Positions 18,600-25,540 of a DNA stretch of 30,903 nucleotides are shown one piece after another. The stretch spans positions 1 to 30,903 of the forward strand of contig CAUJGI010000467.1 in assembly GCA_963169155.1 (NCBI GenBank), read 5' to 3'. The DNA is from Chloroflexota bacterium. GTDB taxonomy: Bacteria > Chloroflexota > Anaerolineae > Promineifilales > Promineifilaceae. The notes under the pieces are model-generated. The model saw only the letters and a program-made list of their open reading frames with translations, searched no databases and had not been told where the DNA came from. Each line of letters opens with the position of its first letter. Within the stretch, counting starts at the first letter, position 1. The position numbers and the translations under genes were made by a program.

Positions 18600-19259
18600 G
18601 TGACGGCCGTATTGAACATTGTCTTTGCCGGGGTGGCCGCATTGGCCGTTTTGGCAGCGTTATTTTTCGGAGGGCGGGCGATTGTCCGGCGTGGACAATC
18701 TACCGAAGCTGCGTACAACGTGGGTCGCCAGCAGGCGCGCCAGGCGGTGCAGATCGATTTGATTCGCGCCCTGGCAGCGATTGTGGTGGCCCTCATCTTT
18801 TTGGGCGCGTTTGGCCTGACGCCGCGCCCGGTCGAACCGCTTATTTCTCCCACCGAACCAGCTTTGCTGGAATCTACCGACAGCCCTACCGCACTGCCGA
18901 CGCTTACCCCAGCCGATTTGCCTGACGTGCCGGTCAGCACCTCCACCGTCGAAGCGGCCCCGGCGGAGCCTTCACCGCTGGCCACCACGGACCCCGGCGA
19001 AACAGATGCGCCAACGGCCGTTCCCCCCACCACCCCACAGCCAGCGGCAGATACGGCCGTGGTCAGCAGTGGCGTTGGTGTGTGGCTGCGCGCTGCCCCC
19101 GGCACCAGCGGTGAACAGCTGGAATGGCTGCTCGATGGCACCGTGGTTAACTTGCTCGACGCCCAGGAAACGGCCGATAATTTGCTCTGGCAGCAGGTGC
19201 AAACCGAAACCGGCTTGGTAGGCTGGGTTGCCGCCGATTTCCTCATCCCCCCAGAGTAG
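18600..19259 (+). CDS. Membrane-anchored protein with Pro/Thr-rich stalk and C-terminal bacterial SH3 domain
   Basis: Two hydrophobic segments, P/T/A-rich linker, then GVWLRAAPG...LLDGTVV.LL...WQQVQ...GLVGWVAADFL (SH3b-like); AGGAGG SD, GTG start. Confidence 0.75.
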   Translation: MTAVLNIVFAGVAALAVLAALFFGGRAIVRRGQSTEAAYNVGRQQARQAVQIDLIRALAAIVVALIFLGAFGLTPRPVEPLISPTEPALLESTDSPTALPTLTPADLPDVPVSTSTVEAAPAEPSPLATTDPGETDAPTAVPPTTPQPAADTAVVSSGVGVWLRAAPGTSGEQLEWLLDGTVVNLLDAQETADNLLWQQVQTETGLVGWVAADFLIPPE

Positions 19260-19312
19260 AAATACTTGCCAAGGTGATAAGGTGAAGGGGTGAAAGCGTG
19301 AGTTGTTTCCCC

Positions 19313-19347
19313 ATTACCGATTACCGTTCACCAATTACCGATTACCG
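19313..19347. repeat. Tandem heptamer array (NATTACC), preceded by degenerate octamers (NNGGTGAN)
   Basis: CATTACC GATTACC GTTCACC AATTACC GATTACC; upstream AAGGTGAT AAGGTGAA GGGGTGAA AGCGTGAG at about 19271-19302. Confidence 0.75.
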
Positions 19348-21173
19348 CCCCTCGTCGCTTCCTTCCGCCAGCTAGAAACCGTTTCGTTGTATCTGGGCGA
19401 CTGGTGGCGGAAGTACGTGTCGTATAGTTCGGCGTAATGCCCGGCCTGTTTCATCAGGCTGTCGTGGCTGCCTTCCTCGATGATGCGCCCTTTTTGCAGC
19501 ACGATGATGCGGTCGGCGGCGCGCACCGTGGAGAGGCGGTGGGCGATGATGATGGCCGTGCTGTTGGCCATGATCAGGTTCAGCGCCTGCTGAATCTGCG
19601 ATTCGGTGAAGGGATCCACGCTGGCAGTGGCTTCATCCAGCACAAAGATGCGCGGTGACTGCACCAGCACCCGCGTCAGGGCCACCAGCTGGCGCTGCCC
19701 CATCGAAAGGCGGCTGCCGCGCTCACCCACTTCGCTGTCCAGGCCGTTGGGCAGCGTTTCCAGCCATTCCCCTTCGCCAACGCGCCGGGCCATTGCTTCG
19801 ATTTCAGCGTCGCTGGCTTCGGGACGGCCGTAGCGAATATTCTCCGCCACCGTGCCGTCAAATAAAAACGGGGCCTGAGACACAATGCCAATCTGCCGCC
19901 GGAAGGCCGTCAGGTCAAAGCTGCGGATGTCCTGCCCATCGATGCAAATTTCACCTTCCTGGAACTCGTAATAACGGGCAATGAGCTTGATGATGCTCGA
20001 CTTGCCTGCACCGGTGTGCCCGACCAGGGCAACACTTTCTCCCGGGGCGATATGCAGCGAAAAGTCGTCCAGCACCTGCTCTTGCTCGGAGTAGCGGAAA
20101 GAGACATGGTCAAAGACGATGTCGCCGCGTAAATTTTGGGGCTTTATGCTGCCGGTCTGGCGTACGGCCGTTGCCGCATCCATCAGCGCAAACACCCGCT
20201 CCGACGCTGACAGCCCGGCCTGGAACTGGCTCCAAAAGGCAGACAGATTAGTCAGCGGGAACCAGAATCGATCAATCGTGGCCACAAACAGATACCAGGC
20301 CGCCACGGTAATCGCCCCCGCCACGGCGCTGCGTCCACCAAAATAGATGAGAACGGCCGTACCAATCCCCGACAAAATATTTAGCGTAGGGAAAATATTG
20401 GCAATCACAAACCCGCGTCGTACGTTGATACCGTACGCTTGTTTGTTCACGTCCATAAACTCTTCATAGATGGCCTGCTCTTGCCGAAAGTTTTTGGCTA
20501 CCCGCACCCCAGTCACCGACTCTTGAATCGCTTTGTTCACCTCACCCATCGCCCGCGAGCCTTGCTGCGTGACCTTTCGCGCCAGGTTGCGGAAGGTCAG
20601 GGCCGCCACGATCACAAATGGAGCCATCGCCAGCACCAGCAGCGTCAGACGCCAGTCGATGGCGAACAGGGTCACAATTAAAATCAGCGCTACCGCCAGC
20701 TGGTTGATGACATCGGTGCTGAGCACGATCACCTCACCAAACTCCTGCGTGTCGCTGGTGATCCGGCTGACAATGCGGCCCGAACTGAACTCATCGTAAA
20801 ACGACAAATCCTGCCGGGCGGCCGCGGAAAAGGTGTCCTGGCGCATGGCCAGAATGACATCGGCAATCACTTCTGAGGTGAGCTGGCGGCGCACCCAGTT
20901 CAGCCCCCAGTTGCCAATGCCCGTGACAAACACCACGCCGATGAGCAGCGGTACCAGCCGATCATCCGTGCCGCGGGTCATCACGTTCACGCTGTTGGAC
21001 ACAATCAACGGCAGCGCCGCCCCGGCTAACGCCATGAGGAAGATGCAGAGGGAAATAATGATTACTTTGCGCCGGTGTGGGCGGAAGTAGCTTAAAATGC
21101 GCCGTAAAAGCTCTTTGTCTTTGTACTGGCGATCATAGGCCTCAGCTTCTAGGCCACGGGTGACGGCTGCCAT
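19335..21173 (-). CDS. ABC exporter half-transporter (fused TMD-NBD, MsbA/multidrug-like)
   Basis: N-terminal TM helices; Walker A GHTGAGKSS, signature LSMGQRQL, Walker B IFVLDEAT, D-loop ASVD, H-loop IAHRLST. Confidence 0.95.
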   Translation of the reverse strand: MAAVTRGLEAEAYDRQYKDKELLRRILSYFRPHRRKVIIISLCIFLMALAGAALPLIVSNSVNVMTRGTDDRLVPLLIGVVFVTGIGNWGLNWVRRQLTSEVIADVILAMRQDTFSAAARQDLSFYDEFSSGRIVSRITSDTQEFGEVIVLSTDVINQLAVALILIVTLFAIDWRLTLLVLAMAPFVIVAALTFRNLARKVTQQGSRAMGEVNKAIQESVTGVRVAKNFRQEQAIYEEFMDVNKQAYGINVRRGFVIANIFPTLNILSGIGTAVLIYFGGRSAVAGAITVAAWYLFVATIDRFWFPLTNLSAFWSQFQAGLSASERVFALMDAATAVRQTGSIKPQNLRGDIVFDHVSFRYSEQEQVLDDFSLHIAPGESVALVGHTGAGKSSIIKLIARYYEFQEGEICIDGQDIRSFDLTAFRRQIGIVSQAPFLFDGTVAENIRYGRPEASDAEIEAMARRVGEGEWLETLPNGLDSEVGERGSRLSMGQRQLVALTRVLVQSPRIFVLDEATASVDPFTESQIQQALNLIMANSTAIIIAHRLSTVRAADRIIVLQKGRIIEEGSHDSLMKQAGHYAELYDTYFRHQSPRYNETVSSWRKEATRGGNR

Positions 21174-21188
21174 AAATTATCCTTCGCG

Positions 21189-21246
21189 GAGATTGGAAAC
21201 TGGAGATTTGATCTCGTTCGCTCGCCAATCGCTAATCGCCAATCTC
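21189..21246. repeat. Inverted heptamer arrays (GAGATTG-like / CGCCAAT-like) between arginase and ABC genes
   Basis: GAGATTG GAAACTG GAGATTT ... CGCCAAT CGCTAAT CGCCAAT CTC; outer GAGATTGG/CCAATCTC are complementary. Confidence 0.65.
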
Positions 21247-21251
21247 ATTTG

Positions 21252-22145
21252 TCATAAAATTCGCTGGCCCAGCAAGGACGCAGCCAGTTCAACGGCGAGT
21301 TCGGCCGTGCGGTTCATCGTGTCCAGGATGGGGTTGATTTCCACAATGTCCATCGACTGCACCCGGCCGCTGTCGCCCAGGATTTCCATGAGCAGGTGGG
21401 CTTCCCGGTAGCTGAGGCCGCCGGGAACGGCCGTTCCTACCCCAGGCGCTTCATCCGGGTCCAGGCTGTCCATGTCCAAACTCACGTGAATGCGCGAGAA
21501 GTGGCGCAGCCGATCAATTGCCTGCCGGGCCACGCTGGCCATGCCCATTTCATCCAAATGGCGCATGGTAAAGACGCTGATGCCGCTGCGGGCCAGCCGT
21601 TCTCGCTCTTCATTGTCCAGATCGCGAATGCCAATCTGCACAATCTGGCGCGGCTTCAGCTTGGCTCCCGGTGTGCCCACGTTCACCAGCGATTCCGGCC
21701 CTTCGCCTACCAGCACCGCCACGGGCATCCCGTGAATATTGCCGCTGGGCGAACTTTGCGGCGTGTTAAAGTCGCCGTGAGCATCAACCCAGATCACCCC
21801 CAGTGATTCGTCCTGCGATGCGGCGGCAATTGAGCCGATGCTGATGCTGTGGTCACCGCCCAAAAAGATGGCAAATTCCTCGGCCGTCACACATTTGCGG
21901 GCAATGTCGTAGATGTTCTGGCAAACGGCCGTCACCGTCTTCAACCGCCGCGCCCCCGATTGGGCCACATCTTCTTCTGGGTTAGGCACCGCAACGTTGC
22001 CTTCGTCAAAAACGGTGTGCCCCAGCCGCTCCAGCCGACCTTGCAGCCCGGCATAACGCGCCGCGCTGGGACCCATGTCCACGCCGCGCCGACTTTGTCC
22101 CAAATCCATGGGAACACCAATGATCCGAACTTTTCGCTTGTGCAA
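21252..22145 (-). CDS. rocF: Arginase (TTG start)
   Basis: [78 protein letters not shown]. Confidence 0.96.
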   Translation of the reverse strand: MHKRKVRIIGVPMDLGQSRRGVDMGPSAARYAGLQGRLERLGHTVFDEGNVAVPNPEEDVAQSGARRLKTVTAVCQNIYDIARKCVTAEEFAIFLGGDHSISIGSIAAASQDESLGVIWVDAHGDFNTPQSSPSGNIHGMPVAVLVGEGPESLVNVGTPGAKLKPRQIVQIGIRDLDNEERERLARSGISVFTMRHLDEMGMASVARQAIDRLRHFSRIHVSLDMDSLDPDEAPGVGTAVPGGLSYREAHLLMEILGDSGRVQSMDIVEINPILDTMNRTAELAVELAASLLGQRIL

Positions 22146-22255
22146 GCTGCGCCTCTCTTTGTGTCGGTGTTGGCTTTATTGCCAGCCAGTTACCGGGATA
22201 GTGGTGACCTAATTGTGACCCATCCTGTCTAATGCCGCAACCGCCCTCAAAACAC

Positions 22256-22292
22256 AAAAAAGGCGCAGCCGTGGATTTCCACGACTGCGCCT
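22256..22292 (-). terminator. Intrinsic terminator downstream of the SBP gene
   Basis: Minus strand AGGCGCAGTCGTGG-AAAT-CCACGGCTGCGCCT followed by TTTTT; 14-bp stem with one G-U pair. Confidence 0.85.
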
Positions 22293-22304
22293 GACATTGA
22301 ATCT

Positions 22305-22337
22305 AGATTGGACCAATCTCAAAGATTGGTCCAATCT
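22305..22337. repeat. Palindrome of palindromes
   Basis: AGATTGGACCAATCT-CAA-AGATTGGTCCAATCT; each half is self-complementary around one base and the halves are exact reverse complements. Confidence 0.85.
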
Positions 22338-22354
22338 TCGCATCCAACGAGTAA

Positions 22355-24340
22355 TTATTGTTGCATATCGAACTGGTAGATGTTTTGCATCTCCGTGCCG
22401 CCGGTCGGGTCAACGCCAAAGCCAACCACATTGGGCCGGGCCGCCGCCACAATCAGGCGCAGGAAGGCCGGGATGACGGGCACTTCTTGAGAGAAGATGC
22501 GCTGGGCTTCCTTGTGGCTTTCTTCATATTCAGGCGTGCCGGGCAGCGATGACAGAGCGGTGTTACACGCCAGGTCAAACGCTTCGTTGCTCCAGCCCGT
22601 GTTGTTTGAAGCGCCCCAACCGCCAAAACCTTCCTCCTCCGGGCCAGAGATCTGGCTGGTCAGGTAGAGGTTGCAGCTGGGCTGCACGGCGCTCACCCAG
22701 GCAAACTCACCCAGATCATAACGACGGCCGAACAGCGGGCCATCCGGACCATCGGCAAACCATTCGCTGGAGGGCACGTAGTAAAGCGTCACGTCGATGC
22801 CACATTCCAGCATGTTGGCTTTGAAGATCTGCGTCATTTGCTGGCGCATATCGTTGCCGGTGGTGGTGCCCAGGTCAATTACAAACGGTTCGCCTTCCCA
22901 CGAAGTGCCCCGGTCAGTGTAGTATTCACGAATGCCGTCACCATCGCTGTCGATGAAGCCGACCTCATCCAGCAGAGCGTTGGCCCCTTCCACGTCAAAC
23001 GGCCACTCGGTCAGTCCGTCTTCCGGGTAGAGCGGGTGCACGCTGGGCACGTAGCTGTGAATCACTTCAGAACGGCCGAACAAAATGTTGTCCACCATGC
23101 CTTGCCGATCAGTACACATCGTCATCGCCTGGCGCACGCGGGCATCCTCAAACCAGTCCGGTCGGCCCTGGTCATCGCCGAAGTCGCCGTAGGAGTTGAT
23201 GCCAAAGTCGATATGCTCAAACACGGTGCCGGTCTGGAAGTACGGGGTGAGCAGGCCGTTGTTTTCCGCCTCAATGAGGAATGGGGCATCGCTGGCAGAC
23301 AGGCCGTCCTGCGTGCCAATGTCGCAGGCACCAGAGAGGAGCTGCGCGAGGAGCTGGTTGGTGTCTGGGATGAATTTGTAGGTGACGCTGTCCAGGTAGG
23401 GCAGCCCTTCAGCCTGGCGATAGTAGAACGGGTTTGGTTCCAGCACAATGCTGTCACCGGCCACCCATTCCACAATGTGGAACGCGCCATCGCTGACGGG
23501 CAGGCGGGCCACTTCTTCGGCTTCCAGCAGTTCGCTGGCGGAGAACTGGCCCCAGATATGCTGCGGGAACGGCGGCCAGACGTTGGTGAAGTAAGTCGGG
23601 TCCAGATAGCCAGGAATACCGGTCCAATTCAGCCCCAGCTCGCCAGTGGCTTCATAAGACGCAGTGCGGTCGGGCACAAATTTGGTGGCGGGTGTATCGG
23701 GATCGCGGTTAACTTCGAAGCTGTAAACGGAATCGGCGGCGGTTACCGGGGTGCCGTCTGACCAGACGCGCGGTTTCAGGGTGAAATCGACGCTGATCTG
23801 GTCCATGGTGATGGGCGCGCCGTCAAATTCGACGACTTCACCGTCCGAATTGATGACCGAAACGCCTGCTCCCAGGGTTGCCGGATTGCCGGTGGCATCC
23901 AGCACCAGGTCGCCTTCATTCACCTCTACCTGGCTCACCACGGCATCACCATCAGCCAGGCTGGGCAGTTTTTCAATGCCTAACGGTTGGTAATCGTAGG
24001 AGAAGGTTGTCACTTCAGTTTCAAAAATGGCTACCTGAACGGCTAATGCTGCCAGCATCGATCCGCCATACGGGTACAGCGTATCCGGCTCCTGGGCCAT
24101 ACAGACGATCAGGTCCTTCGGTTGAGCGGGCGCTTCGGTAACTTCGGGGGTGACCACCACGGTTTCGGTCACAACACGCGTTACTTCGATCTGCTCACCA
24201 GCTTCTGTCACAACTTCAGTCACCACGCGGGTGACTTCTATTGTTTCAGTAGCGGGCTGGCAGGCGGCCAGCAGCACCACGCCAAGCAGGGGGATGATCG
24301 CCAGAAGCGACCATCGCTTGATCAATTGATGGGTAAACAT
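22355..24340 (-). CDS. Family-5 (peptide/oligopeptide) ABC solute-binding lipoprotein
   Basis: Signal peptide with lipobox LLAAC; AQEPDTL, WSDG.PVTAADSV.SFE, LEPNPFY, DARVRQAM, GEFAW; start at ATG 24340 after GGAGGA. Confidence 0.9.
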   Translation of the reverse strand: MFTHQLIKRWSLLAIIPLLGVVLLAACQPATETIEVTRVVTEVVTEAGEQIEVTRVVTETVVVTPEVTEAPAQPKDLIVCMAQEPDTLYPYGGSMLAALAVQVAIFETEVTTFSYDYQPLGIEKLPSLADGDAVVSQVEVNEGDLVLDATGNPATLGAGVSVINSDGEVVEFDGAPITMDQISVDFTLKPRVWSDGTPVTAADSVYSFEVNRDPDTPATKFVPDRTASYEATGELGLNWTGIPGYLDPTYFTNVWPPFPQHIWGQFSASELLEAEEVARLPVSDGAFHIVEWVAGDSIVLEPNPFYYRQAEGLPYLDSVTYKFIPDTNQLLAQLLSGACDIGTQDGLSASDAPFLIEAENNGLLTPYFQTGTVFEHIDFGINSYGDFGDDQGRPDWFEDARVRQAMTMCTDRQGMVDNILFGRSEVIHSYVPSVHPLYPEDGLTEWPFDVEGANALLDEVGFIDSDGDGIREYYTDRGTSWEGEPFVIDLGTTTGNDMRQQMTQIFKANMLECGIDVTLYYVPSSEWFADGPDGPLFGRRYDLGEFAWVSAVQPSCNLYLTSQISGPEEEGFGGWGASNNTGWSNEAFDLACNTALSSLPGTPEYEESHKEAQRIFSQEVPVIPAFLRLIVAAARPNVVGFGVDPTGGTEMQNIYQFDMQQ

Positions 24341-24413
24341 GCTTATTTCCTCCAAAAACGGGTTTGGTTGGATTAATTCGGCCGAAGAATCCAGGGTCTG
24401 AGTTTATGGGGGC

Positions 24414-24442
24414 ATTATAGACGGAAATGAGAAAGGTGTCAA
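24414..24442 (-). promoter_or_regulatory. Perfect sigma70 consensus promoter for the SBP gene
   Basis: Minus strand TTGACA (24442-24437), 17 nt, TATAAT (24419-24414). Confidence 0.9.
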
Positions 24443-24486
24443 TTAAGTGTCATAATAGTGACAATTTGGTATTGCGCCAGGGGTTC

Positions 24487-24514
24487 TTGCTTGTGGGGCC
24501 TGGCTTCATATAAT
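24487..24514 (+). promoter_or_regulatory. Sigma70-type promoter for trmB, probably yielding a leaderless mRNA
   Basis: TTGCTT (24487-92), 16 nt, TATAAT (24509-14); ATG lies 6 nt downstream with no SD. Confidence 0.65.
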
Positions 24515-24520
24515 TTATCC

Positions 24521-25540
24521 ATGTCATCCACCTTGCTGCACAACCACCTGCTACCCTGGCCCGCCGACTGGACGGCCGTTTTTAACCGTGAAGCGCCCCT
24601 GCTGATCGAAATTGGCTTTGGCGGGGGTCACTTTTTGGTGGACCTGGCCCAGAAACGGCCGTCGGCCAACGCGCTGGGGGTCGAAATTTCCTTGCCCGCG
24701 TTGGACAAGGCACAGCGTAAGGTGCAAACAGCCGGGTTGAGCAACGTGCGGGTGCTGCAAAGTGATGCCCGGTATTTGCTCCAGGTGTTGTGCGCCCCAG
24801 AATCTATCGCCGAGATAACCATCAACTTTCCCGATCCGTGGCCTAAGGCCAGGCAGCTGCACCGCCGCCTGATCGATGTGGAATTTTTGCACCTGCTGGC
24901 CACGCGGTTGAAACCCGGCGGCCTGCTGGACATCGCCACGGACCACGCCGATTATGCCCTGGCCATCACCGAAGCGCTGGAAACAACGCCATTTTTCGAC
25001 AGCCGACTGGCGACTACGTTTGTGACGGAAGACACCGAGCGGCTGCGTACCAAATATGAGCAAATCGGCCTGGACGAAGGGCGCACCTGCCATTACTACA
25101 AATGGGTGCGCAACAACACGGCCGCCCCCAACGATTTTCCCATCCCCAAGGAGTTCCCCATGCCCCACGTTGTGCTGCACACCCCCATGGATTTAGACGC
25201 GATTCAGGCGCGCTACGGCCGTAGGCGCACCAGCGACCAGGCGCGCCATATCAGTTTTATGGAGCTGTTCCGCGCCCACGAGGGTGAGGCGCTGTTTGTG
25301 GAGACGTACATCAAGGAAGAGCCCGTGTCGCAGCGATTGGGGCTGGTGATTCGCCAGCGGGAGCCGGGTAACTATGTTATCAGCCTGCACGAGTTGGGCT
25401 TTCCCCGGGCCACGGCGGGGGTGCAGCTGGCAATTGCCGCCCTGGCCCGCTGGCTGCTGAGCCTGGACGAGGCGGCCCACATCTTACACCACAATTTGCC
25501 TGGCGAAATGCTGGAAGTGGACGTGACCCATGCAGCTTGA
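24521..25540 (+). CDS. trmB: tRNA (guanine-N7)-methyltransferase TrmB with C-terminal extension
   Basis: EIGFGGG, LGVEIS, NFPDPWPK...HRRL, L.PGG...ATDH..Y, TKYE; extra ~110 aa C-terminal; start set at ATG 24521. Confidence 0.92.
   Translation: MSSTLLHNHLLPWPADWTAVFNREAPLLIEIGFGGGHFLVDLAQKRPSANALGVEISLPALDKAQRKVQTAGLSNVRVLQSDARYLLQVLCAPESIAEITINFPDPWPKARQLHRRLIDVEFLHLLATRLKPGGLLDIATDHADYALAITEALETTPFFDSRLATTFVTEDTERLRTKYEQIGLDEGRTCHYYKWVRNNTAAPNDFPIPKEFPMPHVVLHTPMDLDAIQARYGRRRTSDQARHISFMELFRAHEGEALFVETYIKEEPVSQRLGLVIRQREPGNYVISLHELGFPRATAGVQLAIAALARWLLSLDEAAHILHHNLPGEMLEVDVTHAA

Noticed and set aside
18840-19050. Pro/Thr/Ala-rich stretch as a DNA repeat element
   Set aside because: Low complexity at protein level only (linker); no nucleotide periodicity seen.
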